Made by a program: the position numbers and the translations under genes. DNA of 64,000 nt from Amoebophrya sp. A120 (lineage: Eukaryota > Protista > Dinoflagellata). The notes under the pieces were generated by a model that ran no database searches, was not told where the DNA came from, and saw only the letters and a list, made by a program, of their open reading frames with translations. Positions 12,501 through 27,500 of the stretch are shown here, piece by piece. The first letter of the stretch is position 1, and each line of letters starts with the position of its first letter. The DNA is taken from contig CAJINV010000004.1 in NCBI GenBank assembly GCA_905178155.1, positions 5,268,258 to 5,332,257 on the forward strand, given 5' to 3'.

Positions 12501-15500
12501 CCAGTCTACATATTTGCATTTGATACGTAGTAGCGTTTGATGTACGCGTTGGTCCCCACGGGCTCCGGACACCAGTCCACCTGCAACTCGCACTGCGGAG
12601 CGACCAGTTTCGTCATCTTGTCCATGGTTGTGCCCCGAGAATACCACTCCCCCGTGACGTCGCAGAAGGATTCGAGATTTCCGGACTTGAACACATACCC
12701 CGGCTGGCAACGGAGCGACAGAGTGCCGTTTAGCCGCTGCGGCGGCGGGGCGTTGTCGTAGTTGCGGACCAGCTTGGTGGAAACCTGCAGGCACTGCAAC
12801 ACGTCGGCGTTCGAGGTCACCGTCGTGTTCAGTTGCTGCGATTCGAGGACCCAGTACCGGCTGGCGCCACACACCGTGGACGCGAAGCCCGAGACCGTTT
12901 CGTAGTTCTTGAAACACTCGACGTTCAGAACCGATCCAAACTTCTCCCCGTCGGTAATGGACACGATCCGGGACCCGATCAGAGTGGGCAGCGGACACCA
13001 CTGCTCGGAGTCGATGCACTTCAGCGGCGCCGGGAGACCGGTGGACATCAACACCCACTCGGGCAGGCCCTTGTTACTCGCGCGACACTCGTATCAAATG
13101 CAAATACTTATGTCTGGGTCTGGGAAGTTGTGATGCTGAGTTGCGCATGATTGAAGCACTTGCAATGGCAGCAAAGCATGACAAGTTTTTCAGACGCCTG
13201 ATGATGACTAATACGCATGGCATTACAAATCGCGTTTTTGCATGACAAAGGAAGCTCCTCTTTTGCTGCTCATGCAACAACGATTTTCCAGGAATGCAAG
13301 ACACGCATTACAAGTTGCACTTTTCAAGACCCAGACATATTTGCACTTCATAACGTGTACGTGTCCTGGCGCTCCGTCGCCCCCGGCGGGCAGGTGACGG
13401 AAACCACGCTGCCTATCCTGCGGTCGTATTGCCCGGTCTCCGCGACGGCGGTGCTCCCCGCGCAGGACCCCAATTTCGCAAACTTGAACTGCTCCAAGTT
13501 TCCGTCGGTCAAGTTCTGTAAATCGTAGTTGTCCGCCAGCAACGCCTCTCTGTCGCCCTGCAGACTCACCACGCGCTTCCCCGGATTGCGGGCGACCGTC
13601 CGGACCGCGGGCGTGTAGGTCAGCACTGGAAACGTGGCGTTGGTCAGCAAGATCCGGTTCGGCACCGGCTTGGCGTCCTCGATCTGCCCGATGGGCGGAC
13701 AGTAGTCGGGCACCGTGTCGCAGCAGGAGAGCAGCAGCCCGTCCGTGTTGGGGCTGAAGTCCGATAGGAAATTGTCCTGCAAGGCGCGGACCCGGTGGAA
13801 AACTTGCGTAATTGGGACTTGCACCACCTGCTCCTCCACCCCGTCGATCTCCTCTCCGGTGAAACTGTCGTTGACTCGCACCGTGACGTTTTGCAACTCG
13901 CTCCTGTACCCCACCACCTCGGTTGTGTTGTAGTCCAGATCTTGAAATCCCGGATCCTGGTTTACCAGACGGAACGGCTTTTCCTGGTGGTAGCGAGTGA
14001 CCCCATAATTCGTCGAAGCAGACGCGAAGAGACTCGTCAACGAATCAAACGTACCCGCTAGCGTCACCAGATCGGGGCCCAGCGTCTCTTTGGTACCGCC
14101 GACGAAATCCAGCTGCGGATTCTTCGCGCACTCAAAAACCGCCTTCGGAAAGAAGTCCGCGTTTTTTGGCAGCTTGCCCGTTTGGTTCACCGCATACGCG
14201 GCCTGCTGCTTCGCCGTCAGCGTGTTGGAGAACCAGTGGTGCGCTTGAAGAATTTCAGTTCGCAATTTCTCAAATACTTTCCCACCACAGGATACCGGGG
14301 GGAGGTATCCGGCGTTGCACTGCAGCGCCAGCTTTGCCGACGTGGCGGTCGGCGAGTGCTGTTCAGTATCAGCGGTGAAGATAGTCGGTGATAGCACTGG
14401 TGCAGAAGTACTACTGGAAAAATTTGCGTCCGGGCCTTGTAAATTTGGGTCCACAAACACGTTGTGCTCTTCTATCAGCCGCTTCACATCGAAGCCGGTG
14501 TCGAACGCCGTTCGACAGCTATCGGGTAGGTAACTGCATCCGCCGGCTGACTCGTCCCGGTACAGCGTGTCTGCGAAGACGTTCCGGTTGGTGCCCGGGT
14601 CGGTGGCGTTCAAAGCATCCTGCACAAAGCTCTGGTCGTAAAACCGCACCCGCGAGATTTCGGGCGCGGTCCGCGACATCGGGTAGTGAAACGGGCGGGA
14701 GTCAAACCAGGGCACGGGCGGGTCCTCGTGGTGCAGCATCACTGGCGGCTTCAGAGACGCGTCGCGCGCCGTGCTGCCGTGGTAGTCGCCGAGGAACAAG
14801 CCGTGGTCGGTGAACGTGGTCACGGTCGCAGGGAATTCCTCCACCCCAATTACCGGGTCGATCCCCGCGGTCGCGGGGTTGGGAAGGGAGAAGAGGCCGT
14901 GTTGTTCTTTGGGGGAAGGTTTTGGTGTCGTGTCTGTGTGATACGTCCGCACCCTGCTGTTTTCGAACAACGCGTCCTGTACGTCTGTGAGCTTGAACAC
15001 TTCTTCCCCATTGATAAACAGCGCCGCAGTCTTCAGGTCCGTGTCCCAACTGTACGCCATGTGCACAGCCCCGGCATTGGTCAGATTCCGCTCCTCAAGC
15101 CACGTTTGCAAATCGAAGTCCAAGTTGTGCTTCGGAGCATAATTTGAAGCATAACTTGAAGAGGACGTCGCACTACTGCTTATTTCTCCACCTCCCTGAA
15201 AGTTCGCGTCTTCCAATAGGGTCAGCGCTATGAAAGCCTCAGGTTGGAAATCCTCAAAGTGGAGATAATTTGTGATGCAAAAAAACGACTCCACTTGAAG
15301 CGAAATTCAAATTTGTTTATGTTTTTGTAGTCGGCGCATGACAAATTTCCCGGGCACGTAAAGCATGTCTGTCATGCAGGCTAAGGCAAAGGGGTGCCCT
15401 TTTGTCGTGCTAAGCAGCATTCCAATTCTTCAACCTCAGCAGGACAATAGTCGGCCTCCATTGCGTCCTCTGCAACACAGTCTTTTTTGCGTCGCATTTC

Positions 15501-18500
15501 ATGCATCACAAATCATTTCCACTTTGAGGATTTCTATTCTGAGGCTTTCATAAGCGCGTCGACGAATTTCGTAATGTTCAGCCGGTCCTCGCTCATCTGG
15601 TCTTTGGACACCACGTCCAGCCGCTGCTGTTCCGGAATCTCCATGTGGTCGAAGGCGCTACTGGCCGGCGTGTAGAAATAGTACCCGGATTGACCCGGAA
15701 AGGGCGGTGGTAACGAACTAGTCACCGTGTCGAAACTGATTTGTTCCGAAGACGATGGTGCCTGCGAAGAACCACCTGCCGAAGTGCCATTCGAAGAGCT
15801 GCTCGAACCAGCAGGCGTCGTCGCCTTGCTAGCTGTATCGTTGAAGGACAATAAGCTGAGGAAGTCTAGATGGTCGAACTGGGTGAACCCAACCACGTTC
15901 AGCCGCCCGAGCCGATCTACCATGCGCTGATGCATTCGGTCTTCGTCAAAGGCGTCCACAAACACCGTGTGCTGGTACTCCTCGTTGTCAATGTTGATGG
16001 TGGCGGAATAGTCTGTCGTGTCGTCCCTCAGGTACACTTGCTCGTAGTACATCGTCGGGTCGTTCTTCTCGTACTTCGGATCGTGCAGGTAGAACGGGTT
16101 CAAGACTTCCACCTCCGTTTCGTTGTTCTGAACAGAAGGAGAACTGGAAGAAGTTGACTGCGCGACCACACTATCCCGCAATTGCTGGTGATACAACGCC
16201 AATTTTTCCGCACTGGGCGCCACGACGTTCCTGCGCAGGATTGTGGACCCGGTGGTGTTATGCTGTGCAAAAGCATCGCACTCATACTAATTGCAATCTT
16301 GCATGACAAACCTACCTTTTTACCTGAATTAGCATTACAAATTCCATTTTTCTTTCTGATAAAATTTGTAAATGCAATTTGTACTAGTACGATACTTTTG
16401 CAATGCATAGGTGTTCACCTGCAGCTGGAATCGCGTCTGGTTCCGGTTATGAGATGCACATATGTCTGGGTCTGGAAGGGTGGAGCTTGTAATGCTGTCT
16501 ACAGATTCTAAAAGTATCTGTGTTGCATGAGCAGCAAGAGGAGTCCAGTTCTTGGCACGCGGAGAGGGCATTTCTCATGCGTGATAAGCATCAAGAAGCC
16601 CTCAAAGAATCTGTCATGCTAGGACCTGCATCATAGACCTCACGGGTCATGCAAAATGTGCATGACAAACTCCGTTTCTTCCAGACCCAGACATATTTGC
16701 ATTTGATACCGGTACGTGTCGTGCCAGTCGGGCACGCCAAAGAAGTTCCGCACGAGGAGCTTCCCCCGGTGGATGAAGACGGAGAAGGGGGAGATGCAGT
16801 AGCCGTCGTGATAGAAAAATTTGTCGTCGTAGTCGTAATAGTTCATCACGGTCTTGTTGTCCGGTACGAAGGTCGTAGTTGTCGATGTTGACGTCGTCGT
16901 GTTCGTCCCGTTGGTTTCATTCCCGAACAGATTATCGTCCGCTTCCTCCCCTACTAACAGCGTCTCACCCGTCTTATTGGTCGCGTTCTGCGGCACGGGT
17001 GCCGGCGGCGTGCAGTCGAGCTTTTGGAAAAACTGCGTGTTCCCCAGCCGCTCACACCTCCCCACGGTCGCGACCTGGTACACCGGAAAGTTGAAAAGCG
17101 ATGGGCAAGTGTCGTTGCTGTCGTAGAGCTGGGGGAACTGGTTTTGGATCAACACAGGAGCATTTGAACCCGGTGCTCCGACAGAAAATGGTTTGTCCCA
17201 GAAACTCTGCCACCGCACGCGCGTGCCGTTCGCCCCGCAGTACGGAAGCTGGATCGCGCACTTCCTGCTCAGCGTGGCCGTGTCGAAGAGACAGTGGGTC
17301 TTCGGTTTCTCTACTCCGCAAGAACTTCCAATCGTTCCGGTAGCGGCAAACGTGACAAAACTCCCCTGCTCGGTGTCGTTGGTTACATTCAGACCAGACG
17401 CATCGCTCGACGTGGAAGTGGACCCGTCAGCTCCGTCGGTGTCGTTCAGGCCAGTTATCAAATGCAAAAGTGTCTGGGTCTGGAATGTTAGTGGGCTTGT
17501 CATGCATATTTTGCATGACCCAGGACGTCTCGTCTGTAATGCAGGACCTAGCATCACAGATTTTTAGAGGGCTTCCTGATGCCTAATCCGCATGACAAAT
17601 GCCCTCCCCGCGTAGCACAAACTGGACTCTTCTTGCTGATCATGCAATACAGATTTTTTTAGCGTCCACCGTTAGCATCACAAGCTCCAACCTTCCAGAC
17701 CCAGACATTTTTGCAATTAATACCAATCACATTCGACCCATTCGTGCCGTTTCCGGTGGTATTTCGACTGTTCAGAACTTCCTCCTCGTCGGCGCCAGAA
17801 CTACCAGTGTCCGTCATATTGGAAGCGTTTGAAGTCTGTGTTTCAGCAGCATCTGCGGGTAAATACACGCGGACTTGCTGCGTACAGTCCGCATCGAGGA
17901 AAACGTCGTAGGCGAAAACCCCCTCGGCGAAATAGCGTTCTTCGTTGTTGAACTCTAGTGCGAACTGCGCATTCAACTCCGTCGCGTTGTCGGACAAAAG
18001 GGTCGAGGCCGAAGACACCGTGTCAGCAGAAGGTTCTCCTCCATTCATCGAGATGCTCGAAGTCAACGTGCACTGCATCCGCGCGCTGAAAACACCGTCC
18101 GCTTTTAAAGACGAGTTAAAGTGCGGAAAGGAGCTCTCGCACACACCGTACGACTGCGCTTCGTACAAGGTTGTGTGGATCGGCTCGGGAACTCCAAGTT
18201 GTGCAGTGTCGTTTGTTGTGTTCGTACTATTCACTTCGCCGAAACCGCACGTCTCGTCGGTATACAGCACGAAACTGCCCTTCTCGGTCGTCGCCAGGTG
18301 CTGACTCGGGTGCGTCATCAGGTCGACAGTTTCCAAATAGGGGCTTGTTTTTCCCGAAGTTGATGAAGCTGCGTTCTCCATGTTGACCACCCTCTGTTGG
18401 AACCACCCACTCTTGTCGCAGTGTTTTAACTCCATGGAATGAATCCCTGTCTCGAGCGCGATCGTGTCCGGAAGTTGAACACATTGGTTTTGCATGTTCC

Positions 18501-21500
18501 CCGCGACGCCCGGATTGATGGAAAACATTTCTTCGCAAGCCGCACTGTGCTTGTACAGCGTCAGTTGCCAGGGGTAAGTTCTTATGCATTGCAAATATGT
18601 CTGGGTCTGGAAGAGTGTAACTTGTCATGCTACATCTGGATCATGGAAAAATTTGTGTTGCATGATTACCAAAAAAGGTCCACTTTTGAGGCACAAGCTT
18701 AGAGGCAGTTTCTCATGCAGGAAAGGCATGATAGAGATCTCACAGAACCTGTTATGCCAGGCCGTGCATGCCAGACCGCGTGGGTCATGGAAAAGCTGCA
18801 TGACAAACCTAGCAATCTTCCAGACCCAGACATTTTTGCATTTGATAGTTCTTTCCCCGAAAGGCTCCATCGTCAACGCGTTCCAGTACTGCTGGAGACC
18901 GGCAGTGCTGCTATCAGCGCCGGTGCTAAAAAAAGGCCAGCACCCCTGCGCAGCGGTGCCGGTGGTTGGAGACTGTGCGAATTTCTGGTCGACGCTGAAT
19001 GAAGCACTAGAAGTAGATATTCCGCCGCTTTTGTACTCAGTAACCATTTTACTCTGCGACGGATCGGCTGCAGAATACAAAACCGTTTCCGTGTACCCAA
19101 ACCCCCCACACTCCGGCTGATCGAAGAACATGAAGTCGATCTCCGTATACGAGGTTTTGTTCTCTGCTTTCTCTTGATCCGATTTTTCCGGTGGGGTCAC
19201 ACTCCGGATCGGGTGCAGACTGCGGATACCGCTGGAGGAAAAATTTCCGTACTGGATCATCGGAGCGGGCGCGTCCGGCATGGTAACGCAGATACTGGGG
19301 TGCATGCCGGCGACGTTCAGAATCGCGTCATCATCGTCGCACAAGTTATTACTACCGCCCACTTGTTTCCTATCGTAGAAGTTCGCCACCCAGGGCTTCG
19401 CTTGCATTTCCGGCCCGGCTTTCACCGGCGGCGCGTACCTCGCTCGGTCGTACACGCTGCACTCCACTTGGATTTGCCAAGTCAAAAACCCCGACGCCAG
19501 ACACTGGTCTCGCTCCAGCGCGGGCGTCTCGTACTCGAATCCGGTGCAATTTGCGGTCTCGTAAAACCGAAACGCACCGAGAATTGGTCCTGGGTACATC
19601 ACGGGTGGCGGGAATTGGGGGCTAATATCGCTAGTACTGTTGCTACCGTTCGAAGATTGATTACTTGCGTTTTGCTGCTGTTGTTCCAAAACAAACGCCG
19701 CATTCTGCAGTTCCGTAGCAGTTTCGTTTACCAAGTAGCTTTGCACGCAGCCGGTCACCCGCACCGCCCGAAACCCGAGTTTGTACGCATCCTGGTCCGG
19801 GACCGCCACGCACTCCTCGTAATTGCTACCGGAGAGTAACACCGACCAGTCGGGTACGTAGGCTGGTGTGGTGGTGGTGGTGGACGTCGTGGTGGTGGTC
19901 GTCACCAACAAAGCCGTCTCGTTGTCGTCGGTGTCATTGGAGGAATTTGTGTCGTTGGAAGTAGTTACTGTTTCGCTTCCAGCAGTTTCATTGCTCGCGT
20001 TTCCCCCGCCAAGCAACCCCGCGATGTTTTCCTTTCCGCTTACCACACAGTCCCGGTCCCGAAAGAGCGTGACCGTCCAGGCGCCAATCGGTTGGTCCGC
20101 CGGTGTCGACGAAGCATCATCCTCTTCGTCTAGACCGAATAAATGGGCATACAGCGTTAAATTGCTGCCGTTGGTCAGGTTGAAGGCCGCAAAAACGTCG
20201 AAGGTCGTGGTCGTCGTCGTGGTTGAACTTGTGGTCGTGGTACTAGTTGTCGTAGTTGTGGTAGTCGTGGTGGTCGTCGTGGTCGTGGTGGTCGTCGTGG
20301 TGGTGCTGGTCGTGAAAAAGTTTTTCCGCCTGGCCGGCTGCCGCGCGCCGCACATGGTCGTTTCGTCCCGGGGGAGTAGGTCGGCGGACAAGAGCATTTG
20401 GAAGTCAAACGCGTTGTCTAGCTTGTATCAAGTGCAAAAATGTCTGGGTCTGGAAGAGTGCTAGGTTTGTCATGCAGGTTATCCATAACCCACGCGGTCT
20501 GGCATGCACGGCCTAGCGTGACAGATTCTGTGAGATCTCTATCATGCCTTTCCTGCATGAGAAACTGCCTCTAAACTTGTTCAAAAGTGGACCTCTTTTG
20601 GTAATCATGCAACACAAATTTTTCCACGATCCAGATGTAGCATGACAAGTTACACTCTTCCAGACCCAGACATATTTGCAATCCATAACTTGTACCAGAA
20701 GGCGATTGTCCCTCGCTTGTTCACGTCGTTTTTCACGCTGGTTCCGTCTAAATTGCTGTTCTGCACTAGCATACTGTCGTTCGTGTACGGGATCCCCGGA
20801 ACCTCGGGCCGCAGACCGTAGGGGTTCAACACGTAATTCGAATCGAGAAAGGTCGTTTCCGGGACCAGGTTCGCCCGGTCGCCGTAGAGGCAAACGTCGT
20901 CCACGGTGGACACCGGCGTCAACTGCGAGGGTGGCAGAACTCTCGCGTCCTTCCGCTGACACACTAACGGCTTGGCGTTTCGGTACGTGTCGGTGGTGTA
21001 GAATCGTCCACTGGCGCAGACGAAATCCCCGTCACCAGACACGCGTTCGTAGTGCGGGGGTTTGCAGCGAAGCGTGACGTTCGTACCGAGCACGCGGTTT
21101 GGGTCGCTGATGACCGCGGTAATAATGTCCTGGACGCGAATCGACTGTGGTACAGCTACTGTCGACGTGCTAACATCTGGGACATTTACATCCTCGTTCT
21201 GCGACAACACAACGTCGCTATATGGATTGTAAAAGTGTCTGGGTCTGGAAACTTGTGATGCTGGGTGGCGTATCATGAAGAGGTCACAAATGACAACTAG
21301 GTGTTGCCTATTCTGCATGACAAACTGCGTTTCTGCATGACAGCATAATGGGGCTCTTGGGAAACGTGCATGACAGATTTACGAGTCATGCCACCCTAGC
21401 ATGACAAATCTCGCAATCTCCCAGACTCAGACATTTTTGCATTTGATATGCTACTAGCAACGACCAAACTCCCCGTGGACTCATGAAACAAGCTATCAAC

Positions 21501-24500
21501 TGTAAAAGTGTCTGGGTCTGGAAGATTCTGACACTTGTCATGCACGTTTTGCATGAGCCATGACGTCTGTGATGCATCCCGTAGCAATACAGACTTTTTG
21601 AGGGCTTCTTGATGCGTATTCCGCATGACAAATGCCTTCTCAGCGTAGTAAGAATTGCCTTTCCTTAGGTACTTACTCATGCAATACAAATTTTTTTGGA
21701 ATCCAAATGCAGCATCACAAGTTGCATTCTTCCAGACCCAGACATTTTTACATTTGATACAAGCGCAGGCTGTGCAAGACCCCCCTCGCATCTAACAGGT
21801 AGGCCCCTAGTCGCGATGCCGAGTCCGGACTCACCACCAAATTCGATTGCGTAGCGAACCGGGTCGCGTTGCTCACGATCATGGCCGGGGTCAGCAGCGA
21901 GCCGTCGTCTTCATCCAGAACGCCGTCATTCGGCACGGTCGGGCAGTACTGCGCGACCTTTTTGCACCGGATGTCCGCGCGCTCCGCGTCGGTCAAACTT
22001 GTGTCGTTGATCATGAAAAAACGGGTTTCACTGCACGTCGCCAACCGCGTGCCCTCCTGCTCGAAGTTCAGCTCGTAGCCCTCCATGCAGGTGATCACCA
22101 CGGACTCTCCCAGCTGCTGCGCATTCGCGGGCTCGATGGAGAGCGCGTTGGGCACCAGCAACTTCTCGCACCAGGGCTGCTGCCGACACACGGGCGGCAT
22201 CAGCGCCGGCTGCCCGTCCACGCGTCGCCACAGCCCCTGCACCTCCCACCGCTTCAGCGCTTGGTTGAACACCGCGTCCGCTTCGCCGCACACCATCACG
22301 GCCGAAGACTCGATGGTCAGTGCATACCCCGCCTGACAGCTGACGGCGGCGCTGGACCCGATGTTCAGATGGTCCGTGTACATATCGACCTGCCCCAGCG
22401 CGAAGTTGATGACCGGGCACCCGAGAAAGGTCGTGCCCCCGGACACGTCTTCCTCGTAATAGAAACCGGTGTGCTGGATGTTGAAGTTGGACGGGCCCGT
22501 GGCGTTCAGATCCGCCGCGCAGAACGAGTAACTCCCGTTTACGCCCCGCGCGTTATGATAGTGCACACCTCCCCCTCCCCTTTATTTTATTGTCATGCAA
22601 AATGCCAAATCTACACTTTGCCTCTTCCTTTTGGTACTGTTCGCATGACAAGTTCTGGCAGCTGCCCAACTGGCACTACACTCCTGCGCAAATTTGTCAT
22701 GCAAAACCTGTACTCTTGCTAAAGCTTGTGTTGCTATTCATGCTACTTACAAATGAGGGTCAGGGGAAGTCGAAGTTGTGTACTCTCATATGCGTCGCGG
22801 TAATTCTCCACGGATTTCACGTAATAGGTGTTCTGCGCCACGGGGAGGTCCCGGCACAACTTTTCCAGCAAACAGCACTGCAGCGGCCAAAAGCCGTTGC
22901 TGTCCTATCGTATTTAAAAACATCCCCACCCCATAGTTGTAATGCAAATCTGCATGCTGAGAGCGTTTCTCATGCGGAGCCCCATGAGAAGCATTTTCTT
23001 TTCACGCTTTGAAATTTGTCATGCTCCAGTAGGCATGGTCAACTCGATCTGTGATGCTGCTGAACTACCTCAAACACCACTTTACAACTACGAGTCCAAA
23101 GTTGTCATGCAAAACATCCAAAACTTGTGGATTTGTCTAGCTTATTCCCCATCTTGACTATGGGGTCGTGGGGACGTTTTTAAATAGGATATGTCCAGAG
23201 AAAACTTCTGCACGTCGGTGACGGAGAAGAACGGGTTTGCGCTAATCTCGCTGACCATCCCGAACGGGGCCAGGGCATCATTGTCTTGCACGAGACTGCT
23301 GTGATCGTCAAACGGCACCCACTCGTCGACTTGGACCATTCATGCGCTGCAAATACGTCTGGGTCTGGAAGGTTGCAGCTTGTCATGCTGTCTCTGGATT
23401 CTAAAAAAATTTGTACTGCATGACCAGCAAGAGGAGTCCAGTTTGTGCTACGGGGAGAGGGCATTTCTCATGCGCAGTACGCACCAAGAAGACCTCTAAA
23501 AATCTGTTACGCTAGGTCATGCATTACAGGCGTCACGGGGGATGCGAAATATGCATGACAAACCTGGCAATCTTCCAGACCCAGACGTATTTGCATTTGA
23601 TACCATTTCCGGTGGGGGCTCGGTGATCGCCGTGTAGTTGCTGTCATTCACCGACAGCCCGGCGTTCGGGTCGACTGTTTGTGCACTAGTACTGGCGCTA
23701 GAACTACCTATCCAAGAAAAAAGTATTGTAGGTGTAAAGTAACTTTTTTGATTTTGGAGTAACAGCATTACAAATCTGTCTCGCATGAGAGCAAAAACCT
23801 GTCATGCGCTGATGGTAGATGAAAACGCGCTTGAGTGGACCTTACAATGCATGCCTAGCATGACAGCCGCAAGCAGTATGCATGTTGCGCATCACAAAGT
23901 TACACTAACAATGATTTTTTCTTTGATACTGCCAGTACCTGCGGCACTAGCAGTACCGTTCGAACCGTTGCTGCCGTTCGTCAAATTGCCGTCGAACTCG
24001 TCCTATGGATTGTAAAAGTGTCTGGAAGATTCTGACACTTGTCATGCACGTTTTGCATGAGCCCTGATGTCTGTAATGCATGCCCTAGCATCACAGATTT
24101 TTTGAGAGCTTCTTGATGCCTACTCCGCATGAGAAATGCCCTCTCCGCGTAGCAAAAATTGCATTCCTTTTGATGCTCACGCAATACAGATTTTTCTGGA
24201 ATCCAAATGCAGCATCACAAGTTGCATTCTTCCAGACCCAGACATTTTTACATTTGATACGTCCTCGGCAGCAGAGCTGTCTTGTCCCGCGACCGGCGGG
24301 TACAGTAAGTCTTTCAACACCTCCCGCACCGAGCACTGCATTTTGTAGTAGCCGTCGCTTCGCTCGAAGCCGCGCATGCAGCCGAAGGTAAGCCGGGAGT
24401 CCTGCGCGCGCGGGTTGAGCTGGTACCGTGGGTAGCGGTGGGACACCGCCACGGTGAGCGAGTTCGACGCAAGCGGGTCCGGGCAGGTGCGCAGCTCACC

Positions 24501-27500
24501 GCCGTCGGTGCAGCGCAACGGGTCGTACTTGTAGAGGTCGAAGATCTGGTCCTCGGTAAGTCGGTAATTGTACAGCCGCGGTGCCTGCCATGCGGTGACC
24601 AACTCGCCCAGCTGGATGCGGGTCCCGATGTGCTGGAACGCGAAGTTGGTCAGCAGTTCGGCGCCGTTCAGGGTCGTGGACTTCAGGGCGTTGATGTAAA
24701 ACTCCGCGTACCCGGAGGACCCCGGCATGTACCAGACGTAGCACAAGTGTTGCCAGCTGTTGGTGTTGTTGATGTAGCCCATCCAATCCACCGGGCGCCC
24801 GGCGTTCTCTAAGTAGTAGGGGATCTGCCCCACCCCGACGGTGACGTACACCTCGTAGAGCCCGTGGTCGAGTTTCTTCATCTCCCAGGAGAGCTTGTTC
24901 ACCGAGTCGTAGGTGCGCCAAATGTCCCCAGTGCGGATCGCCTGGTTGATCTTCACCCACACGCACCAGGTGCCGGTCTGCGGGTTGTTGGGCACGGTGA
25001 CGAACCAGTTGTGGGGCTGGTTGTACCCGTATCAAAAGGGAAAGCTCCCCCTTCCCATATCGAAAAGGGACGCCGCAGAAAATTTGCAATGCTGATTTGT
25101 GACCACAAATCGCGTCGGTCTTGCAAGAAAGCAACGCCACAGGCTCCGCCCCATTATGCAGGCGGTTTGTAATGCTTTTGGGCCTACAGCATAGACGCTC
25201 TTCATGCTAAGTGCCAAGGCCGCAACCTTTCTACTCTGGCATGATATGGGCCTGCAGTCCTGTACTGCAAGACAAATCTGATTTGTGTACGCAAATCCAG
25301 CATCAGAAGTTTCGTTTTGATGTGGCTGTGGGGAGGGGGGATTTTTTTTGTGATAAACCGTCGTGCGTGAACCAGCAGGTGTTCTCGAAGAAGTTCCAGT
25401 CCGGCACCATGGGGCGGTCCGACCGGCAGTGCAAGGGGTGCCAGGGCGTGTTGGTGTATCCTGATTAAAAACGTCCCCACACCAGAGTTAAGATGGGAAA
25501 TCTGCTACGACAAATCACACAGCTTTGGTGGTTTGGCATGACAAGTTTGTCCTCATAGTGTGATCCTGTTTAGCTAGCTCAGAAGCATCACAGATCTAGC
25601 ATAGCATCCTGATCCTAGCATCACAAATCGAAATCCCAAAACACGAAACGAAAATGCTTCTCATAGGACTCCGCATGAGAAACTTTTTTGGCATGCAGAA
25701 TTGCATGACAACTCTGGGGTGGGCATGTTTTTCCACGGGATACGGTGGACCTTTTGTTCGCCTTGTCGTACTGGACCCACATGGTGGTATTCCGCCGGTA
25801 GTACATGGAGAGGTTCGTGCTGGGGATGTGCCCCGGTTTTTCCGGGTAGGCAACCACGTCGAAGGGGCTCGCGGGCTCGTCGTACAAGCTGGACAGCACG
25901 CACTCGTAGTTCTCCGTGCCGTAGCTGTAGTAGTAATACTCGGCCTCATTGCAGGTCAAGGTGACGCGCATCCCCAGCTGGTTATGCATTGCAAAAGTAT
26001 CGCACTCGCATGAATGCATTACAAATTCCCTCAGCGTGAGCAACAAAAGTTGTCATGCGGATTTACCTTAGGAAAAAAGTTTGTAATTCATGACTGCAAT
26101 TACTACGAGTACGATACTTTTGCACAGGATACTGGTACTTGTTCGCCAGCTCGGTCAAATTGTGGTCCCGTCCCTGACTGTCGGTCGTGATCCCCTCGTC
26201 GACGGTGAGGAAGAAGCCGACGTCTTGCTGCAGCCGCTTCGTCTGTTTCTCAAAGGTGTACACCTCGTCCAGCAGCTCCGTTTCATTGCAGAAGTTCTCC
26301 ACGAGTTCGCACTTCGGCTGCGCGTCGAGGTAGTCGAAGTCCCGCAACAGCATGGAGGCCACCTGCTCCTCCTGTTTGATCGCCACTGGGTCGTATACGT
26401 CGACCCGGATATGAAAGTGCACAACTCCCCCTGCTCCCCCGCATTTGTATTGCATGAACAGCAATACAAGCGTCAGCAAGAAAAAGAATACAGGTTTTGC
26501 ATGACAAATTTGAACTGGACTGTAGTGCTATTTGGTCTACCAGAATTTGTCATGCAAACAGTGCCGAGCGCCAAGGCGTAAATTGGGCGTTTTGCATGAC
26601 AAAGGAGGGAGAGGGGCGGCAGTTGTGCACTGTCATACAGGAACTCCATGTCGGTGAAGTTGTCCACCAGGTTCAACTCATCAACTGCAAATATGTCTGG
26701 GTCTGGAAGATGAACCCAAGTTTGTCATGCGCATTTTGCATCATCCACGACATCTGTGGTGTACGCTCTAGCATCACAGATTTCATCCTGCGGCCTTCTT
26801 GATGCCTATCCCGCATGAGAAATACCCTCTCCGCATAGCAAAAACCGGACTCGTCTTCCTGATCATGCAAGACAAATTTTTTCAGAATCCAAAGGCAGCA
26901 TCACAAGTTGCATCCTTCCAGACCCAGACATGACATTTGCAATGCATACAAGTACGACCACTTCCACTTCCGGGACTGCTTGTCGCACACGATGAAGTTT
27001 CCCAGCGTGATCCGGTACCCCGGATTGCAGTTGAGAAACCCCACGGTGTCGTAGCGGTAACTCGGAATCGCGTAGTAGCCGTTCGGAATGTCCCCGATGG
27101 GCGGGCACCAGTCCGCCGCGGCGTAGCACTTCACCTCGGTGATCTGCGCCCGCGTGGCCACGTCGAAGTACACACCCACGTCGTTGAAGGACTCGCAGGA
27201 GAGCGTGATGTTCGTTTTCAGGGAGCCGAACAGGTAGTGGTCGGGCTCGCAGTGGTAGGAACTCTGGTCCAGCAGCATCCGCTTCCCCGTCGTGTTTTCC
27301 ACCGTGTTCAGCAGCTCCAGCAACGGGCAGAAGGGCTCGGGCTTGCATATGGCTTGCTCAGGTGTTACAATCTCAAACGTTATAATAGAATCTGAGTCTG
27401 TATCTGGAATTTGTCTTGCATGAACAGCATGAGTACCATACAGAGACTTGGGCTTTTCGCAATACAAATTTCGTCAGATTCTCATGATGGGGTTTGGGGC

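Noticed and set aside
19868-20464. Plus-strand poly-Val ORF as a membrane protein
   Set aside because: It is the antisense of the poly-Thr exon.
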